DNA of 64,000 bases from assembly GCA_040388705.1 (NCBI GenBank), contig JAZKBI010000016.1, forward strand, positions 13,504 through 77,503, given 5' to 3'. The notes beneath the pieces were generated by a model. The model was not told where the DNA came from. It worked only from the letters and a program-made list of their open reading frames with translations, and searched no databases. The first letter of the stretch is position 1; every line of letters begins with the position of its first letter. Position numbers and translations under genes: made by a program. Positions 30,081 through 38,358 of this stretch are shown piece by piece. This DNA is from Bacteroidota bacterium. Its GTDB lineage: Bacteria > Bacteroidota > Bacteroidia > Chitinophagales > Chitinophagaceae.

Positions 30081-30100
30081 CCCCGCATAAAATGCAGGGG
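30081..30100 (-). terminator. Probable terminator of the blaI-M56 operon
   Basis: CCCCGCAT/ATGCAGGGG hairpin followed on the minus strand by GTTTGTTTTG. Confidence 0.5.
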
Positions 30101-30129
30101 CAGATAAATGAAGAAGATTAAAGTGTTAT

Positions 30130-31476
30130 TTACTTTTCTGAAACCAGGTAGGTGATCGATTGTTTATTCCGGTAAATCACTTTTTTTCCATTCTGTGTTG
30201 CCGGTATCCATTTGGGACCGGATGAAAGAACCCTTATGGCATCTTCTTTTGAACCATAGCCCGGATCAGTTAATGCTTCTACCTCACTGATAGCTCCTTC
30301 TTTATCTACTATAAAACTTAATTGAACGGTATACTTGCCCGGAGGTCCTCCTTTTTTCTTTATTATATCCGGGTTCAAGGTCCGCCTAAGAAACCTCTGC
30401 CATGCATCCTGCCCACCAGGAAATTTTGCTGGTTCCTGAACTACCGTAAAAGTCCTTGGGTCTTTGTCTTTATTCGTTGAAGAGGATGGCGGCAGTACTT
30501 TAACAGCGCCGGTTTTTTTAGTATCCGGAACTGTCTTAAATTTTGGTGCAGTTTGCTCTTTAGAAAAACTTGCGTTGGTGTTGCCGGTAATTGTATTCTC
30601 TTCCTTGGCAATTACCTTGAAAGAAAAAATAGCCATGGTTAACACCAGTAAGGGCAATGCAATCAGCCTCCGCAGATAACTATACCGTGTGTTCTTTGAT
30701 GTGGTTAACATAAACAGCCTCCTTTTAATTGATGAATAAAAAAATGATTGGGTTGGTTGTAAAAAATGATCTCCGTAATGTGTCTGCAATAGCATTTTTG
30801 CAAAGCTTTCCGTGCCTGAATTACCAATGGCTTCTTCGTCGGCTATAAACTCGTGAATGGTGAGCAACTCTTTTTGAATGATCCAGTAAAAAGGGTTTAC
30901 CCACAATACGGAACACAATAGTTGACAGAACAAACGGTCCCATGTGTGTTTCTGCTGAATATGTGTTAACTCATGTTTGAATATTTTTTTGCCCTCTTCC
31001 TGTTCTAATGAAATGGATCGTTTCCAGAATAAGTTCTTTAAATAGGAGAATGGGGCATCGTCTTCTTCGGTATCGATAAAATCAATATCCTCCATTTTGG
31101 TAACGACCGAGTTTCTTTTCAGCCAATAAATTTTATTGATATTGATAACCATTGCGAGTAAGAACCCGGCAGCAATTAAGATACATGTGGCAAGTGCCCA
31201 GTCGATCCAGTTCCAGGCTGGTGCGACCGATGTTCCGCCGGCATTAATTATATAATTCAGGATCTCGCCCGATCCAAAGCTGATCGGTTTGTCTACAGTG
31301 ATCCATTTGAAATTCAGCAATGGAATGGTAATACTCAATACCAGGCTGAACAACAAATAAAACCGGTTATAGTAGTGGAATTTTTTATTTCTAAGTGCAA
31401 CCCAATAATAACTTAGAAAGATACCGGCAACCAAAATGGTTTTCAAAACATACATGAAAATGGCCTGGCTATTCAT
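30130..31476 (-). CDS. M56 (BlaR1/MecR1-like) metallopeptidase fused to a C-terminal TonB_C-like domain
   Basis: HELTH zinc motif, WVNPF.W, HEFIAD; C-terminal PAKFPGG...LSFIVDKEG...KWIPATQNGK. Confidence 0.9.
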   Translation of the reverse strand: MNSQAIFMYVLKTILVAGIFLSYYWVALRNKKFHYYNRFYLLFSLVLSITIPLLNFKWITVDKPISFGSGEILNYIINAGGTSVAPAWNWIDWALATCILIAAGFLLAMVININKIYWLKRNSVVTKMEDIDFIDTEEDDAPFSYLKNLFWKRSISLEQEEGKKIFKHELTHIQQKHTWDRLFCQLLCSVLWVNPFYWIIQKELLTIHEFIADEEAIGNSGTESFAKMLLQTHYGDHFLQPTQSFFYSSIKRRLFMLTTSKNTRYSYLRRLIALPLLVLTMAIFSFKVIAKEENTITGNTNASFSKEQTAPKFKTVPDTKKTGAVKVLPPSSSTNKDKDPRTFTVVQEPAKFPGGQDAWQRFLRRTLNPDIIKKKGGPPGKYTVQLSFIVDKEGAISEVEALTDPGYGSKEDAIRVLSSGPKWIPATQNGKKVIYRNKQSITYLVSEK

Positions 31477-31837
31477 GGGATTTGTTTTTTAATTGTTTAA
31501 GCAATAGTTCCAATTCTTTGATCGACATCTGTTTTTTGTCTACCAGGAATGAGATCACGCTGGAATATGAGCCGGCAAAAAAACTTTCAGTTAAACCGGC
31601 AATTCTTTGTTCAGTGTAATCCTCTTTAGAGATCAGCGGGACATAAAAATTATTTCTGTTCGGGTTCTGGATACCCACGAATTGTTTTTCAACCAGGATT
31701 TTTAAAAGTGTAGCAACTGTATTGTGATGTGTCCTGGGTTCAGGTAAGTTCTCAATGATGTCTTTCAAGAATCCCCCATTCTCCAACGACCATAAAGCGT
31801 GCATAATTTGTTCTTCCGCCTGTGTAAGTTTTTTCAT
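31469..31837 (-). CDS. BlaI/MecI/CopY family repressor
   Basis: LTQAEEQIMHALW, HNTVATLLKILVEK and YVPLISKEDY; overlaps the M56 start. Confidence 0.92.
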   Translation of the reverse strand: MKKLTQAEEQIMHALWSLENGGFLKDIIENLPEPRTHHNTVATLLKILVEKQFVGIQNPNRNNFYVPLISKEDYTEQRIAGLTESFFAGSYSSVISFLVDKKQMSIKELELLLKQLKNKSHE

Positions 31838-31883
31838 CCTAACTAATTTATTAGTCTAAATTAAGACTAAATATTTAGTTAGG
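31838..31883. promoter_or_regulatory. Double BlaI-type operator (46-bp imperfect palindrome)
   Basis: CCTAACTAATTTATTAGTCT-AAATTA-AGACTAAATATTTAGTTAGG contains two ACTA-N6-TAGT boxes (31842-31855, 31866-31879), directly upstream of the blaI-like ATG. Confidence 0.7.
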
Positions 31884-32062
31884 AAAATAATTTTTTTGGG
31901 TCTTGGGTCAGTGTTTGGATTCGATCGGGGTATTTATATTGCAAATCAATTGATTATAAAAGAGCTATAAGGCCTTCAGTGTCACAATAGAACTCCTAAT
32001 TAACAGTAGAAAAGGTAAACCGGAACGAGGTTTAAAAACAACCGGATGTTAGATCATTCATC

Positions 32063-32923
32063 TCAAAGCTGGAAATAGGGTTGATACATTCCACCTGCCA
32101 GCGCTGTTACCTGTGAAAATAAATTTCTTAGTTTCCCGGCATTGCCGGTTAAAGTATGGCTGTTGATACTTAAAATTGCTTCCACCTGTTCTTTAAAGTT
32201 ATCCGGGCATTTTGGCATCTGTACAATTTTTAGAAATGCACTTTTATCACCGAGAGAATACAATTCATTCAAAGCAAACAATGCGTCAGTAATATTTTTT
32301 AAGATGCGGGTAAAACAACCAACAGTATTATGTATATCCCCTTTTCTGGCGAACTTCTCCGCCTGCCAAAGTGCAAATTCGGCGGCCCACAATGATTGCT
32401 GTATGATCGTTTGTTTAAGTTTCAGCGGGTAATGCCTGACTTCTTCCTTCATTTCCTTTATCACATGATAAGGATCGTAAAGTGGATAACAGTAGTTCGT
32501 TTTTGCAAGATAAATAACGGAAGAGAAGCCAAAGGGCGGTTGTTGTTCAAAATCATTTTCCCATATTCCATTCACGGATTTTTCTATAGTGGCTCGAACC
32601 TGGTCGATATTGCGGTATAAAATATCCACTTCTCCTGATGCAGTGTTTAGCCAGGCGCCACCATTTACCCAAGCTCCCCATTGATAGAAACCGGTGACGG
32701 TCATTGTATCATCAACGTTATATTTCCCGGCAATTAATTTTACCTGTTCAATATCAAATGGAGATACTTCGTAGTAGTATATGCCGATGTCAAGGTCGGA
32801 GTTCTCATTCGCCGTTCCAATACAGTGGGAACCGCCGAGCACAACAGCTACGAGATTATCAACTTTCTTCAGATCATTAACGATTTCGTCGAGTATCTGT
32901 TTTTTAGTTTCGGGTATTTTCAT
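32063..32923 (-). CDS. Pol-beta-type nucleotidyltransferase domain protein (DUF4037-like)
   Basis: VVLGGSH..G...ENSDLDIGIYY catalytic motif; WGAWVNGGAWL. Confidence 0.8.
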   Translation of the reverse strand: MKIPETKKQILDEIVNDLKKVDNLVAVVLGGSHCIGTANENSDLDIGIYYYEVSPFDIEQVKLIAGKYNVDDTMTVTGFYQWGAWVNGGAWLNTASGEVDILYRNIDQVRATIEKSVNGIWENDFEQQPPFGFSSVIYLAKTNYCYPLYDPYHVIKEMKEEVRHYPLKLKQTIIQQSLWAAEFALWQAEKFARKGDIHNTVGCFTRILKNITDALFALNELYSLGDKSAFLKIVQMPKCPDNFKEQVEAILSINSHTLTGNAGKLRNLFSQVTALAGGMYQPYFQL

Positions 32924-32959
32924 TCTTAACTTTAGAATTAATTCTACTCATGCAGCCAA

Positions 32960-33556
32960 TTAGAGGTCGTTTAACCCCTTTCCTTTTAGAATTTGCGCTA
33001 TATATTTCTCAACCCTTGCTTCTCTCGTTTTAGATTGTTTGGGTGCAGAAAAATAAAAAATGTATGCTCTCTGTCGTCCCGGCGTCAACGCATTGAACGC
33101 AGTTTTCAACGCTGGCTTTTTATTTAATTTATTTTGAAATTCTTCAGGGATGGTGAATTCTGCGGTCTCTTTTAATTTTACTTTCAATCCAGCTTTTTCC
33201 ACTTCGATGGCTTCATAGATGTAGGCTTTCAGGATCTTTTTCATTTTAATTATTTCCTTCGCGTTGGTGAACCGCACCTGGCGCGCAGCCTGCACATTCT
33301 TCGTTTGCTGAACGAGAATACTACCGACATCATGTAACAAAGCGCCTTTAAAAAACAAAAGTGCACAGTATTCTTTAAACGCATGTATTAATACAATATT
33401 GGTTTTATTGAATGTGTAGCAGGGACAGCCCCATTTCAATTCTTCCACCAGCCCACAATCAAGAACGATAGTCCTGAGTTGTTCCAGTTCTTCCTGCCAG
33501 TGGTTGGCATTGCTAAAATAAAAATCAACTTTTGGATTCATTTCAGTCTTTGTCAT
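32960..33556 (-). CDS. YdeI/OmpD-associated family protein (DUF1801 N-terminus)
   Basis: EELKWGCPCY, FFKGALL, QAARQVRF and ALTPGRQRAY. Start placed at ATG 33556. Confidence 0.88.
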   Translation of the reverse strand: MTKTEMNPKVDFYFSNANHWQEELEQLRTIVLDCGLVEELKWGCPCYTFNKTNIVLIHAFKEYCALLFFKGALLHDVGSILVQQTKNVQAARQVRFTNAKEIIKMKKILKAYIYEAIEVEKAGLKVKLKETAEFTIPEEFQNKLNKKPALKTAFNALTPGRQRAYIFYFSAPKQSKTREARVEKYIAQILKGKGLNDL

Positions 33557-33577
33557 AGTAATTTTTTTGTACAAAAT

Positions 33578-34150
33578 TCAGACTCTTAGCGATCCCCGGA
33601 ACCCCCTGGCGGCATAATAAGATTCAGCACCATTGTGGTACAGGAAAACGGTATCATAACGGCGATCGCAAAAAACGGCGCCACCAAGTTTCCTGATGGC
33701 AGCAGGTGTTTTTATCCAGCTCGATGTTTTTGTATCAAACTTTCCAAGTTGCTGCAGTTCCCGGTATTCTTCTTCAGTTAAGATCTCAATACCCATATCG
33801 GATGCCATCTCAACTGCACTGTTTTCGGGTTTGTGTTCTTTCCTCGATTCCAGTGCTTCATGATCGTAGCAAATACTTCTGCGGCTTTTTGGGCTTTCTG
33901 CTGAACAGTCGTAAAAAATGTATTCGCCTGTTTTTTTATCAAAGCCAATAACATCGGGTTCGCCGCCGCTTTCTTCCATTTCATTGAGCGACCAAAGCTT
34001 TTCCGTGTCGGCTTCCAGCTTTGCCTGAACGCTTGCCCATTCAATGCCTTTGTGCCGGGCCTTGTTTTTATCAAATCGATCTTTCAAAACACTGAGTAGT
34101 TGCTTGTTTTGGGCGGGCGCCAGTTTTTTATGGCTATTAATCTTGCTCAT
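33578..34150 (-). CDS. DUF4256 domain protein
   Basis: WSLNEMEESGGEPDV, RRSICYD.EAL, FDTKTSSWI and NGAESYYAARGFRG. Confidence 0.85.
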   Translation of the reverse strand: MSKINSHKKLAPAQNKQLLSVLKDRFDKNKARHKGIEWASVQAKLEADTEKLWSLNEMEESGGEPDVIGFDKKTGEYIFYDCSAESPKSRRSICYDHEALESRKEHKPENSAVEMASDMGIEILTEEEYRELQQLGKFDTKTSSWIKTPAAIRKLGGAVFCDRRYDTVFLYHNGAESYYAARGFRGSLRV

Positions 34151-34206
34151 AGGTTATTTTATTTGTTGAATAGTTCCCATGTGTACGACTCCTATTCTTT
34201 GTTATG

Positions 34207-34665
34207 TTATTTTAATTGTGTTTCTAAATAGGCAGATAGTTTTTCAACACTTTGTTTCAAGCCCTCATCCGCTTTAAAAACCCTGACTACTGTGTCGAAC
34301 AATTCAGTTGTTTCAAACCCCATTGTCCATTCCATGAAGGTTTTTTTCTCATGTGGCTCAAACACAATGGTAGCCAGGTAATTTGGGTTATAGTGCTGGA
34401 ACACGATTTTTTTTTGTTGAACGATTTCACCGAAGATGCTTTTATTCGGATAATTTTTTCCGTCGGGTCCGTTAATCGTTAAACGCCATTCACCGCCTTC
34501 AGTTACGTTCATAGTATGGATTGTATTGGTAAAACCGGCAGGCGCCCACCAGTTGGCAATATGTTCAGGGTTAGTCCATACTTCCCAAACCAACTCAATA
34601 GGAGCATCCAGCATTTTTGTGATACACAATTCCTTGCCAGGGTCATTGTTTGTTTTTGTTTTCAT
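34207..34665 (-). CDS. SRPBCC/AHSA1 domain protein
   Basis: LDAPIELVWEVWTNPEHIANWWAPAGF and GGEWRL...GPDG..YPN. Confidence 0.9.
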   Translation of the reverse strand: MKTKTNNDPGKELCITKMLDAPIELVWEVWTNPEHIANWWAPAGFTNTIHTMNVTEGGEWRLTINGPDGKNYPNKSIFGEIVQQKKIVFQHYNPNYLATIVFEPHEKKTFMEWTMGFETTELFDTVVRVFKADEGLKQSVEKLSAYLETQLK

Positions 34666-34671
34666 TGTATT

Positions 34672-35055
34672 TTATTTATCAACTGAAATGAGTTTTCTGT
34701 CTCCGGGCCTGAAATACCAGGATACTGCAGTCAGGATCAGTAATAATATCGGGCCGAAATATTCTTTGGCACCATCCCCAATAGCTAAATGAGAAAAGAT
34801 CGCGCCCGACATAACAAAGAAAAACCCGGCATAGGCCCATTCTTTCAACAAAGGAAATTTAGGAATAAGTACAGCTATGACTCCTAAAAATTTCCAGATC
34901 GCCAGTATGGTAAGAAGATAAACAGGAAGGCCCAGGTGCGTAAAAAGAGCGAGCTCCTCTTTTGTTTTCAACAATTGCACGAGCCCGGTTGAAACCATTC
35001 CTAAAGAAAGCCAGGCTGTGGCGATCCAATAGATAATTTTGTTTCTCTTTTTCAT
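34672..35055 (-). CDS. DoxX family membrane protein
   Basis: IYWIAT, LGLPVYL..L..WK.LG and LKEWAYAGFFF. Confidence 0.9.
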   Translation of the reverse strand: MKKRNKIIYWIATAWLSLGMVSTGLVQLLKTKEELALFTHLGLPVYLLTILAIWKFLGVIAVLIPKFPLLKEWAYAGFFFVMSGAIFSHLAIGDGAKEYFGPILLLILTAVSWYFRPGDRKLISVDK

Positions 35056-35060
35056 ACTAT

Positions 35061-35525
35061 TTATTTTATATTTTTTACAATATCCTGCAATCGGTTATGT
35101 GCCATATTTATTCCTTGTGCAAAGGGTAGTTTCAAAATCTGTTCTCTGATTGCGGCGGATCTATATATTATATGCATGGTGAGTTTGCTTGTTTCCTCAG
35201 AGAGCTTTTCAAATTCCAGGAATTCCAGCTGAACCGCAAACGGCGTATTCTCCATTTCAAATGTTCGTGTGATCCGGGAATTCGGACTAAACTCATGGAT
35301 CACGCCATTGAACCCATGTTTGTTTCCTTTGGGATCAGTTGTTTCAAATTGGTAACTGCCATGCTTTTTGTTTTCGAGTTTCAGCACTTTTGTTCCCATC
35401 CATTGTGCAACAATATCGGGCTCCGTGTACGCTTTAAAAAGCAAGTCCAATGGCAGATCAAATTCCCTTGTGATCACAAGGTCCTGTTTGCCGTCTTCTG
35501 TAGTGATCTTTGTTTTTCGCTCCAT
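35061..35525 (-). CDS. SRPBCC/AHSA1 domain protein
   Basis: ITREFDLPLDLLFKAYTEPDIVAQWMG and ITRTFEME. Confidence 0.88.
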   Translation of the reverse strand: MERKTKITTEDGKQDLVITREFDLPLDLLFKAYTEPDIVAQWMGTKVLKLENKKHGSYQFETTDPKGNKHGFNGVIHEFSPNSRITRTFEMENTPFAVQLEFLEFEKLSEETSKLTMHIIYRSAAIREQILKLPFAQGINMAHNRLQDIVKNIK

Positions 35526-35531
35526 ACGGAT

Positions 35532-35855
35532 CTATTTTTTTGTTTTGTATTTTTTCATGATGCTTTCCAGTTTATTAAATCTGTCATCCCACATGATCCG
35601 GAACGGTTCAATGAAATCGGCTACTTCTTTCATATTTTTTGCATTGATAAGATAATAAATTTCCCTGCCGTTTTGCTCCTGTTTAAGCAATGCACATTCG
35701 GTAAGTATCTGCAGGTGTTTTGAAACGGTCGGCCTTGCTGTGTCAAAGTTTGCAGCGATCGCGCCCGCTGTCATAGATTGCGAAGCAACCAGCAGGAGTA
35801 TGGCCCTTCTTGTAGGGTCGGCTATTGCCTGAAATACGTCTCGTCTTAAATTCAT
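35532..35855 (-). CDS. ArsR/SmtB family transcriptional regulator
   Basis: [29 protein letters not shown] and GREIYY. Confidence 0.93.
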   Translation of the reverse strand: MNLRRDVFQAIADPTRRAILLLVASQSMTAGAIAANFDTARPTVSKHLQILTECALLKQEQNGREIYYLINAKNMKEVADFIEPFRIMWDDRFNKLESIMKKYKTKK

Positions 35856-35904
35856 TGCGTAGCTATTTGACTACAAATATATGTGTAGCTATTTAACTAC
35901 GCAA
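35855..35904. promoter_or_regulatory. ArsR-type operator pair flanking a -7 promoter element
   Basis: GTAGCTATTTGACTAC (35859-35874) and GTAGCTATTTAACTAC (35885-35900), each GTAG-N8-CTAC. TATATTTG on the minus strand (35874-35881) lies between them. Confidence 0.7.
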
Positions 35905-36064
35905 ATTTTTTTTGAAATTTTTTTATGGATGGCCTCCGCACCGAAACGGTGGTACCTGCGATGGCGGTTAGAATTGTCTTTTCGTGTATATTTATTGAGC
36001 TTGCAATAAAATTTGCGATGCCGATCTTCAAATCGATACGAATAACAATCTTTATAACTGATAT

Positions 36065-36484
36065 ATGTATTCACGCATCTTAAAAATAACAGGAAAGAAA
36101 AATGGTATTCTCATTCTCCTTATATGTCTTTCCTTTATAGCCATATCTGCTACAGGCCTGCGGGAGGACAAACCTGTTAACCTGAAAGTTCTTCCAAAAG
36201 ATATCAGTGAAAAAGACCTGAATAAGATCATGGTAGAAGATTGTGGTGACGGCTTAGGCGTAACCTGCGATTATTGCCATGTGGAAGACAAGACATTAAA
36301 GAAATTTGATTATGCCAGTGATGCTAAATCAACGAAAGATACCGCCCGTTCTATGATGCGCATGACGCTCGAATTGAACAAAAAATATTTTGGCCAAAAT
36401 CAGCCGGTAATAGGAGACTCAACTATGCCGGTCACCTGCTATACCTGCCACCACGGGTTTCCGGCGCCTAATGAAAAAAAATAA
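36065..36484 (+). CDS. Exported diheme c-type cytochrome (reaction-centre cytochrome c subunit-like family)
   Basis: Signal/TM segment, NLKVLPKDI, LGVTCDYCH and VTCYTCHHG (two CxxCH). Confidence 0.8.
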   Translation: MYSRILKITGKKNGILILLICLSFIAISATGLREDKPVNLKVLPKDISEKDLNKIMVEDCGDGLGVTCDYCHVEDKTLKKFDYASDAKSTKDTARSMMRMTLELNKKYFGQNQPVIGDSTMPVTCYTCHHGFPAPNEKK

Positions 36485-36572
36485 GGAACCAACCTGAAGC
36501 ATGAACTCAATTCATTTCTGCCAGGTTAACTAAATCGAAAATTTTCATTGGTTCAGCGCTTATTTTTGCCGG

Positions 36573-37184
36573 ATGCAACCCATCAAAAACATCATATTCG
36601 ACCTTGGCGGCGTATTAATGGATATCGATTTTGGCCTTACACACAAGGCATTTGAGGATCTGGGCGTTCACGATTTTGCGAAATTGTATAACCAATACAG
36701 CGCCGATACTTTTTTTTCCGATTTTGAGAAAGGGAAAATACCAACCAAGGATTTTTTTGATCATATCCGCCGCATCTGTCAATGCGATCTTCCCGATGAT
36801 TCCATCCGTAATGCCTGGAACGCCCTGTTGATCGGTTTTCCCGCGGAACGCAATGAATGGTTATTCCGTATCGGGGAAAAATACCGGATCTGTCTTTTCT
36901 CCAATACCAATATCATCCACTACGAATCCTTCGCTAAAACATTCGAAGAAAAAACAGGAAAGGAGTTTAATTCATGTTTTGCAAAAGCATACTACTCACA
37001 CGAAATGGGATTGCGCAAACCGGATCCTGCATCTTATATGCAAATAGTTAACGAACAACAATTAGATATTGCTGAAACGCTTTTTATTGATGATACGGTT
37101 AAGAATGTAGATGCAGCAAGGGATTTGGGGTTGCAGGTGGTGCATTTGGTAAAACCACAGACAGTTTTAGGTTTGGGACTCTAA
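36573..37184 (+). CDS. HAD family phosphatase (YihX-like)
   Basis: IIFDLGGVL, FSNTN, RKPD and LFIDD. A TATTTTTG -7 element lies at 36561-36568. Confidence 0.92.
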   Translation: MQPIKNIIFDLGGVLMDIDFGLTHKAFEDLGVHDFAKLYNQYSADTFFSDFEKGKIPTKDFFDHIRRICQCDLPDDSIRNAWNALLIGFPAERNEWLFRIGEKYRICLFSNTNIIHYESFAKTFEEKTGKEFNSCFAKAYYSHEMGLRKPDPASYMQIVNEQQLDIAETLFIDDTVKNVDAARDLGLQVVHLVKPQTVLGLGL

Positions 37185-37296
37185 CCCCATCTGCCTTCGG
37201 CATCTTCCCCTGGGAGGGGAAGACGACACTAAGATAGCAGTGCGATGTTAGAAGGTCCTCCCCTTTTAGGGGAGGTGTCCAACGGACGGAGAGGTA
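37184..37296. repeat. Double-hairpin REP-like element
   Basis: TCTTCCCCT-GGG-AGGGGAAGA (37203-37223) and CCTCCCCT-TTT-AGGGGAGG (37257-37275), between convergent genes. Confidence 0.6.
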
Positions 37297-37306
37297 GAAA
37301 TGAAAT

Positions 37307-37540
37307 TTATTTCACTTCCTCAAACTCAATATAATCCCCGCCCTTAGTTTTTTCCTCTGGTTTTTGTTGTGCCTGAGCGGTTTGCTGGCGTTGATACTGT
37401 TCTTGTTGCGCTTGTTGCTGCTCCTGCATCTCACGAATCTTGGTTTTTACCTGCGAAGTGGCTTTACTCACAGGTATTACAAGGTCGACGACGATCTTGT
37501 ATACCAAGTAGATAAGGAACGCGTATAAAATATACTTCAT
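37307..37540 (-). CDS. Small membrane protein (DUF4834-like)
   Basis: MKYILYAFLIYLVYK..., Gln-rich middle and terminal GDYIEFEEVK. Start at ATG 37540 is supported by TACCTTTG on the minus strand at 37548-37555. Confidence 0.75.
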   Translation of the reverse strand: MKYILYAFLIYLVYKIVVDLVIPVSKATSQVKTKIREMQEQQQAQQEQYQRQQTAQAQQKPEEKTKGGDYIEFEEVK

Positions 37541-37595
37541 AAGAACGCAAAGGTAAAGGCAAAAAGAGCTCTTTTTTGTTAAAAACAGGAAAACT

Positions 37596-37661
37596 GCTAT
37601 GAGCTGCGAGCTATGAGCCGTGAGCGGGCGGCTCATAGCTCATAGCTCGCAGCTCACGGCT
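37596..37661. repeat. GAGCTNN/NNAGCTC heptad inverted repeat, copy 1
   Basis: GCTAT GAGCTGC GAGCTAT GAGCCGT GAGC-GGGCG-GCTC ATAGCTC ATAGCTC GCAGCTC ACGGCT. Confidence 0.85.
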
Positions 37662-37676
37662 GGTATTAAAGAGAAA

Positions 37677-37709
37677 TTTGGAAGTTTAGGCACAGTTTAC
37701 CTACATTTG
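37677..37709 (+). promoter_or_regulatory. Sigma-A promoter of the rimP-nusA-infB operon
   Basis: TTTG (37677-80), 21-nt spacer, then TACATTTG (37702-09), matching the Bacteroidota -33/-7 consensus. Confidence 0.65.
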
Positions 37710-37729
37710 CACCATACAAAGAATCAACA

Positions 37730-37754
37730 GAAGGGAGCGGCTACCGCTCCCTTC
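37730..37754 (+). promoter_or_regulatory. rimP leader hairpin
   Basis: Perfect 11-bp stem GAAGGGAGCGG-CTA-CCGCTCCCTTC, 11 nt upstream of the rimP ATG. Confidence 0.6.
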
Positions 37755-37765
37755 TCCTTTTTGGT

Positions 37766-38236
37766 ATGGCAAACGAAGCAGAGATAAAACAATTGGAAAA
37801 ATTCCTCAGCGGGATACTGGGGGAAGAACCGGAATATTTTTTGGTGTCGCTCCGCATTAAACCCACCAATAACATTAAAGTGTTTATTGATGGAGACCAG
37901 GGGATGGCGATCGATAAATGTGTGCGTTTCAACCGTAAACTGTATAAACTGATCGAAGAAAGCGGGATGTATCCTGAAGGCGATTTTTCGCTGGAACTTT
38001 CTTCACCAGGCTTAGACGAACCGTTGAAAATGACCCGCCAATACACAAAAAACATTGGCAGGGATGTTGAAATAACCTTCAACGACGATACCAAAAAAGA
38101 AGGCAAACTGCTCTCAGTAACAGAAGCGGATATCTTAATAGAACACACAGAAGGGAAAGGCAAAAAATCGGTAACGCAGCAATTGGTGATCCCTTTTGAC
38201 AATATAAAAACAACAATCGTTCAAATCAAATTTTAA
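37766..38236 (+). CDS. rimP: Ribosome maturation factor RimP
   Basis: IKVFIDGD, LELSSPGLDEPL and Y.KNIGR; upstream of nusA. Confidence 0.95.
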   Translation: MANEAEIKQLEKFLSGILGEEPEYFLVSLRIKPTNNIKVFIDGDQGMAIDKCVRFNRKLYKLIEESGMYPEGDFSLELSSPGLDEPLKMTRQYTKNIGRDVEITFNDDTKKEGKLLSVTEADILIEHTEGKGKKSVTQQLVIPFDNIKTTIVQIKF

Positions 38237-38242
38237 AGGGCA

Positions 38243-38340
38243 GCTTTGAGCCTTGAGCTACGAGCTGCGAGCCAAACACAAAACAAAAACGTTCAAATCC
38301 AGCCGCAGCCTATGGCTCATAGCTCATAGCTCACGGCTCG
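38243..38340. repeat. GAGCTNN heptad inverted repeat, copy 2 (rimP/nusA)
   Basis: GAGCCTT GAGCTAC GAGCTGC GAGCC ... GGCTC ATAGCTC ATAGCTC ACGGCTC. Confidence 0.85.
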
Positions 38341-38358
38341 AAGCAAAAAACAACAACT

